Shown here: positions 18,991-28,600 of the stretch, piece after piece
Layout of the letters: each line of letters opens with the position of its first letter
Position numbering within the stretch: position 1 is the first letter of the stretch
UHGV virus genome: UHGV-1360836
Reading direction: 5' to 3' (one strand)
DNA length: 36,282 nt
Source: a virus
Made by a program: the position numbers and the translations under genes
Notes under the pieces: generated by a model
What the model was told of the DNA's origin: nothing
The model's input: only the letters and a program-made list of their open reading frames with translations
Databases searched by the model: none

Positions 18991-19537
18991 CGAAATTTTA
19001 ATCGGAGCGTGTACTGTGTATATGTATGAATTTACCGGAACAGAGATCCCGGAACACGCGACCATTGAAACAGAAGAACATGATGTCGGGCATTGCTCTT
19101 CTGGGTTTACCGTAAATTATAAGCCGACAAAATACGATGTGAAAAATCAGTATGGACAGATTGTAAGGTCTGCGATCACAGAAGAGGAAATCTCGGCAAA
19201 GACGGGAGTTTTATCGTGGAATCTTGCGAATATGTCTCTCTTATCCACCGGAGTCTACACGGAAGATAAGGAAGGAAAGAAAAAAGATCTGATTTTTACC
19301 GGGGATGGAAAGGCATTAAAAACAGTTTTGCTTAGGGCAGTACACACAAAGGAGAACGGGAAAAAGATTCGTTTTACGATGATCGGACAGGGCGGATCGG
19401 GATTTGCAATCGCGTGGGAGAACAAAGAAGTAACGATCGATGCAGAATTAACGGCGATCAAGAAAGTAAAAGGTTTCCTTGCAAGTTTTGAAGAAGAACT
19501 TACGGACGAAGAAGCGGCGGCGATTGTCGCGGCATAG
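18977..19537 (+). CDS. Major tail protein
   Basis: 186 aa. RBS GGAGGA 6 nt upstream of ATG 18977. Followed by the G/GT chaperone pair and the tape measure gene. Confidence 0.65.
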   Translation: MKNNDEILIGACTVYMYEFTGTEIPEHATIETEEHDVGHCSSGFTVNYKPTKYDVKNQYGQIVRSAITEEEISAKTGVLSWNLANMSLLSTGVYTEDKEGKKKDLIFTGDGKALKTVLLRAVHTKENGKKIRFTMIGQGGSGFAIAWENKEVTIDAELTAIKKVKGFLASFEEELTDEEAAAIVAA

Positions 19538-19551
19538 GAGGGCGCAATACG

Positions 19552-19938
19552 GTGTTAGATTTAGATCAATACATGAACAATTCCGTGAAAATAAAGCTGT
19601 TTGGGAAAGAATATGATGTATTCGAGCCGACAGTCGGAATGATTTTAGAAATGGATCAGTTAGAGGCGGATCTGTCCGAAGACAATGTGTATGAAAAACG
19701 GATCGATGCATGCTTGCTCCTGATAAATCATAACAGGCAGGGCAGGGAGTTTACGGCGGATGAGATAAAAAAACTTCCGTTAGAAGCAGTTATCCGTTTG
19801 ATTGCGGAAGTATCAGCGCTGCGGCTGAAAGCAGATACAGACCCAAACTCCGAATCCCAGTTCCGGAAGGAGAAATCGGAAAAGCAATCTGCGAAAAGTA
19901 TTTCCCGACAGAGAACTGGGAAAGAGCATACAGCCTAA
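19552..19938 (+). CDS. Tail assembly chaperone (gpG-like)
   Basis: 128 aa, between the major tail protein and the tape measure gene. The -1 frame is open over its 3' half. Confidence 0.6.
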   Translation: MLDLDQYMNNSVKIKLFGKEYDVFEPTVGMILEMDQLEADLSEDNVYEKRIDACLLLINHNRQGREFTADEIKKLPLEAVIRLIAEVSALRLKADTDPNSESQFRKEKSEKQSAKSISRQRTGKEHTA

Positions 19939-20174
19939 AAACAGGAATTATAAAAAGAATAAGCCAGTATACCGGATTGAACTTTCGTGAGGTCTTGGAA
20001 CTGCCTTATTCTTTTTATTTGTTATTAAATCGGGAAAGCTGGATCGCAAGCTATCAATCGTCCGAAGCCGGAAGAGAAATACTAAAGAATTTGTGGAGGC
20101 TACAGCAGACCGAGGCGGATGAAGTCGCAATCCATAAATTCGCAGAAGGGAGACGAAAATGGCAGGAGGCATAA
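19764..20174 (+). CDS. Tail assembly chaperone T-part, expressed as a G-T fusion by -1 programmed frameshift
   Basis: The -1 frame is open from 19764 to 20174 with no ATG and overlaps the tape measure start. An A-AAA-AAA heptamer lies at 19767..19773, directly after the -1-frame stop TGA at 19761..19763. Confidence 0.5.
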   Translation, partial: DKKTSVRSSYPFDCGSISAAAESRYRPKLRIPVPEGEIGKAICEKYFPTENWERAYSLKTGIIKRISQYTGLNFREVLELPYSFYLLLNRESWIASYQSSEAGREILKNLWRLQQTEADEVAIHKFAEGRRKWQEA

Positions 20175-23100
20175 AATTAGCACCTCTTTTAACAGAGATC
20201 AAAGTTGATATCGAAAACTTTAAAAGCGATATGGAGAAAGCGGCTGCAATCGGAACAAGTGAAGCAAAGCGGATCAGTCAGGAGATGGAAACGACGGCGA
20301 AAGTCGGAGAAAAATTTTCTAAAGCAGGTGATCTGCTGACGAAAGGCTTGACACTTCCGATCGTGGGCGTAGGCGCCGCAACGACAAAAATGGCGGTTGA
20401 TTTTGAGAGCAGCTTTGCAAAAGTAAGTACACTTCTGGATTCAAATGTCGTAGATTTTGCGCAGTACAAAAATGAGCTTCTTAATGCAAGTAGTGAAACG
20501 AAGGTGGCGGTGGATGAATTTTCAGAAGCCGTTTACTCTTCTATTTCTGCCGGGGTGGATCAAAAAGAAGCGATCCAGTTCACGACGGATGCGATGAAAC
20601 TTGCAAAAGGCGGTTTTACAGACGGGGCGAAAGCAGTAGACGTCCTCACGACGGCAATTAACGCGTATGGATTGCAAGCGAGTGACGCCACGAGAGTATC
20701 CGATTTATTGATCACAACGCAGAATTTGGGTAAAACAACGGTGGACGAACTGGCGTCAAGCATGGGAACAGTGATCCCGGTTGCAAATGCGTCGAATTTC
20801 AGCATTGAGGAATTGAGTGCATCTTATGCACAGCTTACGAAAAACGGTGTGGCAACAGCGGAATCTGGAACGTATTTAAAAGCAATGTTGTCAGAGTTGT
20901 CAAAAAGCGGAAGTATTGCGGACATAACGCTACGGGAGCTGACCGGAAAAGGTTTTGCAGATCTGAAAAAAGAGGGGACGTCTACAACAGAGATTTTGAG
21001 TCTGTTAAATGCAGAGGCGCAAAAGAACGATAAGACTTTGAAAGATATGTTCGGCTCGGTGGAAGCAGGATCGGCGGCGTTGGTGCTGTATAAAAACAGC
21101 GGCGAAGAATACAACGAAATGCTGCGGGGAATGGAGACAAGCGCAGGGGCGACACAAAAGGCGTTTGAAAAAATAGATGCGACTCCGGCAGAACAGTTAA
21201 AAGGCGCATTGAATGAACTTCGGAACGAAGGAGTACGTTTTGGTGCAGCGTTTGTTCCGGTAATCGAGAAAGCGTCTGATATATTAGGGGATGTGGCAGA
21301 AGCATTTTCCGAATTAACAGATGAGCAGAAAGAGAATGTGGTGCAGTGGGGAATCACTCTTGCGGCAGCAGGACCGGCGTTAAAACTAATCGGCGGTGGG
21401 ATTCAAACCTATACCAAGTTAAAGACAGGAATAGGAGCAGTCACAAAAGCGCTTAGTGCTTTCGGTAGCGCACAAGAGGCAGCAGGAATAGGAGGATCTG
21501 TACTTGCAAAAAGCTTTACAGGTGTTTTGGGAACATGTGCACCCCTTGCGGCAGGTTTAGCAGTGGTTGGCGCCGGAGTATATACACTCCACGAGCAAAG
21601 CGATGTATTGAATTCCACAGTCCTTAAATCGCGAGAGGAAATGTCATGGCTGGAAGAAGCGCTGGCAGACCTGCAAGGAGTTACGAGGTACACGAAAGAA
21701 GAACTGGAAGAAATGGGGTATGTTCATAAGGAATTCAGCGATGAGTTAAGCCCTGAATTTCAGGAAGCCGTGGAAGAATCTACGAAAAAGGTACAAGAAT
21801 TCAGCGTGTACTTGCACGAGATCGGATTTGACGGAATCATGACACAGGAGGAAACCGATGGGTTTACGAAACGGGTCAATGACATGTGTAGCGAAGTGAT
21901 CTCGACGATCGAAAGCAGAAAAGAGGAGGCACAAAGCGGACTGAAAGATCTGTTCATCGCAGATGATCAGGTGATTGATGAAAGCGAACAGAAAGTACTG
22001 GAACTGTTGTCGCAATCAAGTGATGCGCAGATCAGTGAAGTACAGACGTTACAAGATGAAATTCTTGCGATCCAGCAAAATGCAGCGAATGAAAAACGAC
22101 AGTTGAATGAGCAGGAAATCGCAGACATCCAAAATTATAATGAACAGATACGTCAGATTGAACTGGAAGCCCTGGGAGGAACAGAGCAGGAGATTCTTTA
22201 TGCAAAAAATGAGTTTGCTGCTCGAGTGCGAACGATGGATCTGGAAAGTGCATCGGAACTTTTACAAGAGAAAGCGAAGATCCGAGATGATGAGATCGTA
22301 CAGATACAAGCAGCTTACGATACAGAAATTCAGTTGCTGCAAAGTAAACTTAGCACATGCAAGGAAGAAGATCGGGCGTATTATGAAGAACAGATCGCAA
22401 ATTTAGAGCAGGACAAGCAGAAAAAGATTACAGAACAGCGTGACCTTTACGATGAATACCTCAGCATTATCGAAGAATATAACCCGAAATTACTGGATGG
22501 AATCAGCGACTTGAATGGTCAGATCCTCACAGGAGAGGAGGAAAGGAATGCTGAATATCTGCAAAAGGTACAGGAAAGGTATGCGGGGTTAGAGCAAATT
22601 ACAGAGTCAGGATGTTATACCCTATATAACATGGAAAAAGGCACGAATGAAGATATCGTGGTCAATTATGATCAGGCAACAGGGAAGATCGTCGGTCTCT
22701 ACCACGAAGCGTCTTCAACACTCGTCGGATATTCCAAGGAAATCCAAGGCGCGACGGTGGAAATGGCGCTGAACGGAAAAGGGTCTTTTGAGATGCTGGG
22801 AACATCCTTAGATGGACTGAAAGAGAAGAACGGTGAACTCGTCAATGCGAATGGGGATGTTGTGAGCTCCTTGTCGGACATTAAAAAGTCTGCAGACGGC
22901 ACGCGGGAAGGAATTGCGATTTTAAACGGAACACCTTGTGAGGTAAAGGTTAATAAAGACGGAACAATCGCAGATTTACGGGCGATTGATGAGGAGGCGA
23001 ACAACGCCACGAGAGCGAGGACACTGTCGATCACATTAGCAACGAACGCAATAACAAGTGGCATTAACGCTGCGATTTCAGCAGCGCAGGGATATTCTCA

Positions 23101-23332
23101 CTATAACGGACTTGATAACGTACCTTACGACGGATATCAGGCAGTGTTGCACAAAGGAGAGCGTGTCCTGACAGCAGAGGAGAACAAGGCGTATAGTAAC
23201 GATCCGGGGATTGATTACAATAAGATGGAAAAGTGTATGAAATCTGCGGTCAGGGAACTTACTTTATCAGTGGGCAGCAGGGAACTCGGCAGAATTATGG
23301 ATGAGCATTTGCGAGAAAGGGGGATTCTGTAA
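20159..23332 (+). CDS. Tail tape measure protein
   Basis: 1057 aa, Ala/Gly-rich with coiled-coil segments, TP901-like N-terminus. RBS GAAGGGAGA upstream. Confidence 0.85.
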   Translation: MAGGIKLAPLLTEIKVDIENFKSDMEKAAAIGTSEAKRISQEMETTAKVGEKFSKAGDLLTKGLTLPIVGVGAATTKMAVDFESSFAKVSTLLDSNVVDFAQYKNELLNASSETKVAVDEFSEAVYSSISAGVDQKEAIQFTTDAMKLAKGGFTDGAKAVDVLTTAINAYGLQASDATRVSDLLITTQNLGKTTVDELASSMGTVIPVANASNFSIEELSASYAQLTKNGVATAESGTYLKAMLSELSKSGSIADITLRELTGKGFADLKKEGTSTTEILSLLNAEAQKNDKTLKDMFGSVEAGSAALVLYKNSGEEYNEMLRGMETSAGATQKAFEKIDATPAEQLKGALNELRNEGVRFGAAFVPVIEKASDILGDVAEAFSELTDEQKENVVQWGITLAAAGPALKLIGGGIQTYTKLKTGIGAVTKALSAFGSAQEAAGIGGSVLAKSFTGVLGTCAPLAAGLAVVGAGVYTLHEQSDVLNSTVLKSREEMSWLEEALADLQGVTRYTKEELEEMGYVHKEFSDELSPEFQEAVEESTKKVQEFSVYLHEIGFDGIMTQEETDGFTKRVNDMCSEVISTIESRKEEAQSGLKDLFIADDQVIDESEQKVLELLSQSSDAQISEVQTLQDEILAIQQNAANEKRQLNEQEIADIQNYNEQIRQIELEALGGTEQEILYAKNEFAARVRTMDLESASELLQEKAKIRDDEIVQIQAAYDTEIQLLQSKLSTCKEEDRAYYEEQIANLEQDKQKKITEQRDLYDEYLSIIEEYNPKLLDGISDLNGQILTGEEERNAEYLQKVQERYAGLEQITESGCYTLYNMEKGTNEDIVVNYDQATGKIVGLYHEASSTLVGYSKEIQGATVEMALNGKGSFEMLGTSLDGLKEKNGELVNANGDVVSSLSDIKKSADGTREGIAILNGTPCEVKVNKDGTIADLRAIDEEANNATRARTLSITLATNAITSGINAAISAAQGYSHYNGLDNVPYDGYQAVLHKGERVLTAEENKAYSNDPGIDYNKMEKCMKSAVRELTLSVGSRELGRIMDEHLRERGIL

Positions 23333-24169
23333 ATGGATGTGTATTACATTAATCATTTAAACGAAAAGATTCTCCTCGACTCTGAAAATGTGATTCTGAA
23401 GTATCAAGAGTTATTCAACTATTCATGGGATGCAGATACAGATAATGGGAAAATAACGTCATTTACAAGAGAAATGGCCACATATCCCATTACGGTTACT
23501 GTAACCGCGGATTCAGATGAGGAATTTGCGGACATCCTGAATAATTTCCACAGCATCGTTGTAAAAGACATCATAAACCACAAACCGGGGCGGCTGTATA
23601 TTGGAGATCAGTATTTGTCCTGCTATATATCCGGCGATATAAAAACGGATGCGTTTATGGGTGTTCCGATACAGGTTAAAAATCTTACCGTTGTGACGGA
23701 TCATCCGTTTTGGATTCACGAGGTATCAAGATCTTTCCAGCAGATTATATCGGGGGATGATCCAGAGGGGCATTTAGATTATGAGTATGATTTTAACTAT
23801 GATTACACAATGCCATATGGCAGTGATTTGATTTGGACAGTAGATCATTTTGCCCCCTGCGAATTTCTTCTGACGGTTTTCGGGCCTGTGACAGATCCGA
23901 TGATCTTAATTAATGGACATCCGTATCAAGTTTATACATCTCTGGACGAGAATGATTACATGCAGATCAATAGCCGGAATAATACGATTGTTAAATATAG
24001 GTCGGATGGAGTCCGACAGGATATTTATGATTCCCGAGCAAAGCAACAGTCAGTATTCGATCTGATTGCGCCGGGAAATATCCGTGTTGTTTGGCCAGGA
24101 AGTTTCGGCTTCGATCTTAAATTATACTGCGAAAGGAGCGAGCCGAAATGCAAGACGAAAGGCAGTTGA
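23333..24169 (+). CDS. Distal tail protein (Dit)
   Basis: 278 aa, directly after the tape measure gene (stop and start adjacent). Confidence 0.6.
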   Translation: MDVYYINHLNEKILLDSENVILKYQELFNYSWDADTDNGKITSFTREMATYPITVTVTADSDEEFADILNNFHSIVVKDIINHKPGRLYIGDQYLSCYISGDIKTDAFMGVPIQVKNLTVVTDHPFWIHEVSRSFQQIISGDDPEGHLDYEYDFNYDYTMPYGSDLIWTVDHFAPCEFLLTVFGPVTDPMILINGHPYQVYTSLDENDYMQINSRNNTIVKYRSDGVRQDIYDSRAKQQSVFDLIAPGNIRVVWPGSFGFDLKLYCERSEPKCKTKGS

Positions 24170-25152
24170 TCCTTGCGGATCAGAATTTCCGGGATATCCG
24201 TCCAGTGATGGGAGCGGAAATTGATATGGCGATTGGATCGGATGAAAACGACTATGAAATCAAGATTCGGCGCGATCAGTGGGATGACCGATATAAGTAT
24301 GGGAATGTGTTTTACATCAATGATACAGAGTTTGGCGGTATTATCGGGAGGAAGAAGATAAACACGACAGACAGCACAATATCTTTATTTGGCAGGACGT
24401 GGAGAGGAATGTTGGAAAAGAAAATCATTCGTCCACCCGGCGGGCAGGATTATAAGAAAGTATCCGGTGAACTGAATACAGTGTTAGATGGTCTGATCAC
24501 AGACTGTTTCGGTGATTATTTTGTTGTATCTCGAAGCGATACGGGAATATTTGTAACTGATTATCAATTTGATAGGTACTGTACTTTACTGGCAGGTCTT
24601 ACAAAGATGTTAAAAAGTGTCGGGCATCGGTTACAGATACGGTATGTACAGCAGGAGAGAGGGCAACCCGGATACGTGGAATTGTCGGCAGTACCGATTG
24701 AGGACTACTCGGAAAAAATTGAACTGTCACAGGACAGCCGGCTGAACTTTACATTTGATGAAAATAAAAACGGGATCAATCATTTGATTTGTCTTGGAAA
24801 AGGTGAATTGCAGGATCGGCAGGTGATTGATCTGTATGTCCAGGAGGACGGCAGTATTGGCAGAGATTTGTTTTATACAGGAATCAGGGAAGTTTGTGGA
24901 GTATATGAAAATACGTCAGCAGAGCGTGATGAGCTGGAAGAAAAAGGAAGAGAAAAGCTGGCGAAGCTTATGAACAGAACTATTTTTGAAATGAATGTTG
25001 AGCAGTTAAAAATGAATGTTGAGATTGGGGATATTATCGGCGGGCGTGATTACGACACTGGGATGTATGCGGCAAAGCCGATTGCAAAAAAGATTTACCG
25101 GGTAGCGGGAGGAAAGACCTCTCTTGAATATAAAGTAGAAGGAGATGATTAA
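24148..25152 (+). CDS. Tail-associated protein (Tal/gp27-like N-terminal domain)
   Basis: 334 aa, after Dit. RBS GAAAGGAGCG upstream. Confidence 0.5.
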   Translation: MQDERQLILADQNFRDIRPVMGAEIDMAIGSDENDYEIKIRRDQWDDRYKYGNVFYINDTEFGGIIGRKKINTTDSTISLFGRTWRGMLEKKIIRPPGGQDYKKVSGELNTVLDGLITDCFGDYFVVSRSDTGIFVTDYQFDRYCTLLAGLTKMLKSVGHRLQIRYVQQERGQPGYVELSAVPIEDYSEKIELSQDSRLNFTFDENKNGINHLICLGKGELQDRQVIDLYVQEDGSIGRDLFYTGIREVCGVYENTSAERDELEEKGREKLAKLMNRTIFEMNVEQLKMNVEIGDIIGGRDYDTGMYAAKPIAKKIYRVAGGKTSLEYKVEGDD

Positions 25153-25154
25153 TT

Positions 25155-26027
25155 ATGGAATTAGTAACAGGAAGATCGGGGAAGCCGCACATCACATCAC
25201 AGCAGGTTCGGCAGCTTCAACAGGGTATTTTTGGGGCGAATGCCTGTATCCTTAATACGGGAAGTATGCTGACACCGGAAGTGCAGAGCTCAAATAAAAT
25301 CCGTATCAAAGATGGCGCGCTGATGTTTCAGGGTGCTCTCTTTACTGTTAAAGTTGGGGGTTACGATGAGGTAACTATCAACAATGGTAATCAAGGAATG
25401 AAGAGAAAAGATGTGATTGCAGTCAAATATACATATGACTCGTCACGAAACATTGAGTCAGGAGAATGGGCGGTTGTGCAGGGTACGCCAGCGGCAAGTA
25501 ATCCGGCAGTGCCTAGTATGCCAGTAACGGATGGAGATATTCAGGCGGGTGATGCAGAAGTGTATTGTCCGGTATTTGTAATTAATTTGGATGGGATAAA
25601 TGTTACGGGCGTCGATATCATACCTCCGATGATGGATGATATGTCTACGATAAATAAATATTTGTCGGAGTTGCAGTCGTATCACGATAAAAAGACGCTC
25701 ACACCAACCGATCTGGGAATAAGAGCAGGAGTGTGGAAAGCCACAGCAAACAACTCGTATAAAATCGGTAAAACGGTGCATCTAAACATGGAAATCTATA
25801 CAACTGCCATAATAGTCGCAAACAACGTGTACGACAATGTTTTTTCGATACCGTCACAGTATCGCCCATTAAATGACACTGTTGTAAATGTAGTGGCATC
25901 AGACGGGGCGTATAAAAACCCAGTCACTTGTACATCTATGGCAAGGACAAATGGAAATTTGTTTGTCTGCATCCCAAAAGCTACAAATAATTATCTTTTT
26001 ATCGATGCGGAGTGGGAAGTCGGATAG
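25155..26027 (+). CDS. Tail fibre / receptor-binding protein: constant N-terminal part up to 25672 plus variable C-terminal domain V1
   Basis: 290 aa after Tal. It contains the 21-bp repeat 25652..25672 (coding NKYLSEL), whose inverted copy lies at 26398..26418. Confidence 0.6.
   Translation: MELVTGRSGKPHITSQQVRQLQQGIFGANACILNTGSMLTPEVQSSNKIRIKDGALMFQGALFTVKVGGYDEVTINNGNQGMKRKDVIAVKYTYDSSRNIESGEWAVVQGTPAASNPAVPSMPVTDGDIQAGDAEVYCPVFVINLDGINVTGVDIIPPMMDDMSTINKYLSELQSYHDKKTLTPTDLGIRAGVWKATANNSYKIGKTVHLNMEIYTTAIIVANNVYDNVFSIPSQYRPLNDTVVNVVASDGAYKNPVTCTSMARTNGNLFVCIPKATNNYLFIDAEWEVG
25652..25672. repeat. Inverted repeat, left copy (candidate recombination crossover site inside the fibre gene)
   Basis: AAATAAATATTTGTCGGAGTT is a perfect match to the reverse complement of 26398..26418. 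Confidence 0.8.
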
Positions 26028-26033
26028 ATCTAA

Positions 26034-26417
26034 TCACTTCCAGGTACCTCGAGCATAGTAAGATAAATCAAAACTTGCTACATTCCAGGTCACAGCAGAA
26101 AGCAGATGGTATGAAAAGCTTGATTTGTAGCCATTTGCAGATCCGTACACCTTGCCCCATATCGCGCCGCCAGCTCCTATTGTGAGCACGATATTACATT
26201 TTGTTTTTGATGCAACCGGGAAGTTTAATGTAAATTGTCCGCTTGTGTAAATGCTACCGGCTTTTGTTCCGATCGCGCATGTAAACGGCGAATTGAACCA
26301 CATTTCGAGAGTCCCGTCGCTCCATTTGCGATATTTACCGTTGGAGTTGCTACCTTCTTCAACGATGTAGTTTTTTATTTTTGTAAAATCAGATGATAAC
26401 TCCGACAAATATTTATT
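26034..26417 (-). CDS. Silent alternative tail-fibre C-terminal cassette V2 (no own start), beginning at the right inverted repeat
   Basis: The minus-strand ORF is open through the repeat and encodes KNKYLSEL in the same codon phase as the plus-strand gene, then a distinct 120-aa Gly/Ser/Thr/Tyr-rich domain ending at 26034. No convincing RBS or start of its own. Confidence 0.5.
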   Translation of the reverse strand, partial: NKYLSELSSDFTKIKNYIVEEGSNSNGKYRKWSDGTLEMWFNSPFTCAIGTKAGSIYTSGQFTLNFPVASKTKCNIVLTIGAGGAIWGKVYGSANGYKSSFSYHLLSAVTWNVASFDLSYYARGTWK

Positions 26418-26418
26418 T
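26398..26418. repeat. Inverted repeat, right copy
   Basis: AACTCCGACAAATATTTATTT is the reverse complement of 25652..25672. Confidence 0.8.
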
Positions 26419-26453
26419 TTCCAAAAGATTAAGATAAGAAAGGACTGATATTT

Positions 26454-27152
26454 ATGAAGCTTATTTTTAATGATGCAACCGAGATTGTTGTTCAGCAGGT
26501 TGAATCCCACGGGGATTACCTGCGAATACTGACGGTTGGAAATACTCCGGAACAGTTAAAGGTGCTGTTTACTGACTCTAGTCGGACAGCCCGCATGATT
26601 GTACAGGAGCGAGGGCAGACCGTAGCTGCGTATGAGGGATATACAGCATTTTACAGGACGGAGATTTATACCGGGAAGATTTACGGCGTGGTGATGTACA
26701 AGCAGGAAACCCTTCCGGAAACGCAATCGCAGATGATTCAGGCCGCTATGCTGGTTGCACAGATGCAGGCACAGACATTTGATGATGAGCGGGCGCAGGC
26801 AGTCAAAATACTCTATCCGCAGTGGCAAGATGTAATAGGGCAGACTGTTGAGAAGAAAGGGTATAAGTTTGTGTATGAGGATGTGCTGTATAAGACAATT
26901 CAAGATAACTTACTAATCCAAGAGCAGTATATTCCAGGCGATGGAACAGAGAGCATGTATGTTGTTATTGATGAGACTCATGCCGGCACGCAGGAGAATC
27001 CGATTCCGTATGCGGGCAATATGGAGTTGGAAAAGGGCAAATATTACATCCAGGATGGAGTAATCTATCTGTGTAATAGAGATACAGAAAACCCAGTGTA
27101 TCATAATTTAAGAGATTTGATCGGGTTGTATGTAGAGAAGGTGGCAGAATAA
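26454..27152 (+). CDS. Hypothetical tail-associated protein (XkdW-like position)
   Basis: 232 aa, downstream of the fibre region. Followed by a 47-aa XkdX-like ORF. Confidence 0.45.
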   Translation: MKLIFNDATEIVVQQVESHGDYLRILTVGNTPEQLKVLFTDSSRTARMIVQERGQTVAAYEGYTAFYRTEIYTGKIYGVVMYKQETLPETQSQMIQAAMLVAQMQAQTFDDERAQAVKILYPQWQDVIGQTVEKKGYKFVYEDVLYKTIQDNLLIQEQYIPGDGTESMYVVIDETHAGTQENPIPYAGNMELEKGKYYIQDGVIYLCNRDTENPVYHNLRDLIGLYVEKVAE

Positions 27153-27168
27153 GAAAGGCGGGTAGTAT

Positions 27169-27312
27169 ATGGCAGAAATCAAGGAAGTAAAGACGGAAAA
27201 AATAACCGTAAATACTGGGGAACGTATCAAGATCAGTTTTGAGTTTTGGTATGAGCAGGATTGCCCTTACGACTATCCACAAGACTACCCGATAGCGAGC
27301 GAAAGAAAGTGA
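27169..27312 (+). CDS. Small XkdX-like protein (47 aa)
   Basis: RBS AAAGG upstream. Size and position match the XkdX family downstream of fibre genes. Confidence 0.35.
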   Translation: MAEIKEVKTEKITVNTGERIKISFEFWYEQDCPYDYPQDYPIASERK

Positions 27313-27324
27313 GGAACTACTAAT

Positions 27325-28233
27325 ATGAGTGAAATAACAAGAGCTTATGCCGTATATAAAGGACAACAGTATAATGCGTCATACGATTCTGGAACACAGT
27401 TATGGGATGTAGATATCCCATCAGGATCAGAGTCGTCTTATGGGCAGGTGAATCATACATATCCGATTGAGCTACATGCCTTTGATGCAGCTAACAATGA
27501 GACAATCATGTATGCCACCGATTCCAAGTATGGAGATCAGTTAAACATCCGTGTACTTGAAAAAACGAAACCGACTGCATCGATTATATCCCCGACACAA
27601 GGATCGGTTCTTGGATCGGCAACGCAGGATATAAAGATGGAGCTTCAAGATGCAGGTGGATCCGGTCTTAACATGACGTCTGTAATCTTCAAAGTTAATA
27701 GTGTTCAGGTTACACAGGGCGTGTCATGGACAGATCAGGGCGGCAAGAAAGTATGTACCTATCGTGCAGCCAACTTGTCCGATGGTTCTAATAGCGTTAG
27801 TCTGCAGGTAACGGATAATGATGGCAATATATCCGATGTCGCGACTGTGGCCTTTGTGATTAGTACTTCAGCGCCAACACTGAATGTAACGAGTCCAACC
27901 GAAGGGTTATTGACGAACAGCAATAGGGTTACCGTAGCTGGTACTGCTGCGGCTGGATCTGATGCGGTAACGCTTACAAGCGTTAAGATTAACGGAGAAG
28001 TCGTGTCCTTTGGATCAGGTGGGGCGTTTAGTAAGGAGATTACGCTTAGAGAAGGCGAGAATGAAATCACAGTAGTTGCAGAGGACAGCATCGGAAAGAC
28101 TACATCTGTTACGAGACATGTCACAGTTGATACCAAAGCGCCGATTATATCTGACGTCGAAGCAGAAGCGACCACGGTAAACGCAAATGGTATGATTCGC
28201 TTATCCTTTAAGATTGTAGATCCGGCAGATTGA
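27325..28233 (+). CDS. Ig-like (Big-type) domain structural protein
   Basis: Repeated Ser/Thr/Val-rich beta-sandwich-like segments (VTVAGTAAAGSDAVTLTSVKINGEVV...). Confidence 0.5.
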   Translation: MSEITRAYAVYKGQQYNASYDSGTQLWDVDIPSGSESSYGQVNHTYPIELHAFDAANNETIMYATDSKYGDQLNIRVLEKTKPTASIISPTQGSVLGSATQDIKMELQDAGGSGLNMTSVIFKVNSVQVTQGVSWTDQGGKKVCTYRAANLSDGSNSVSLQVTDNDGNISDVATVAFVISTSAPTLNVTSPTEGLLTNSNRVTVAGTAAAGSDAVTLTSVKINGEVVSFGSGGAFSKEITLREGENEITVVAEDSIGKTTSVTRHVTVDTKAPIISDVEAEATTVNANGMIRLSFKIVDPAD

Positions 28234-28234
28234 T

Positions 28235-28600
28235 ATGATTATCAGAGTATGGGGCATTGTAAACTCTACAGAAGTGGAGTTTACGCCCATCCCGGACCGT
28301 CCCGGGTACTGGGAGGGATATGCCCCGCGACTGCCGGGACCGCAGGAAATAGAGGTGTGGGCAGAATCTGACAGCGGACTTAGAGGACATCTGTATTGCA
28401 CTGTGACGCTTGATTATCACGCGCATACAGAGGCGCGGTTACTGGGAGATCGGACGGAGGCAAGATTGATTGATATGGGCGGCAAGGTGCGCTTGTTACT
28501 GCTTCCGTGGGTGGCACAGCTGGTCACGTTCAGAGATGTAAATGTTCTGCAGGAAAATTATATTGCGAAACTGAAAGGTTGCAGAAAGGCGGTGGTATAA
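28235..28600 (+). CDS. Hypothetical protein (121 aa), compositionally GC-rich
   Basis: ATG overlaps the upstream stop (TGATATG). GC is about 55-58% against about 43-45% for the surroundings. Confidence 0.45.
   Translation: MIIRVWGIVNSTEVEFTPIPDRPGYWEGYAPRLPGPQEIEVWAESDSGLRGHLYCTVTLDYHAHTEARLLGDRTEARLIDMGGKVRLLLLPWVAQLVTFRDVNVLQENYIAKLKGCRKAVV

Noticed and set aside
20278-23064. Several minus-strand ORFs of 60-180 aa inside the tape measure gene (for example 20824..21357 and 22699..23064)
   Set aside because: They lie antisense within a long, well-supported plus-strand gene and have no RBS. Their Ser/Ala/Pro-rich composition mirrors the Ala/Gly-rich coding strand, which is typical of spurious antisense ORFs.
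26034-26510. Reading the whole minus-strand ORF 26034..26510 as an independent 158-aa gene
   Set aside because: The first 30 codons are antisense to the RBS and start of the plus-strand gene at 26454. There is no convincing RBS or start of its own. The shared in-phase 21-bp repeat fits a silent alternative C-terminal cassette better.
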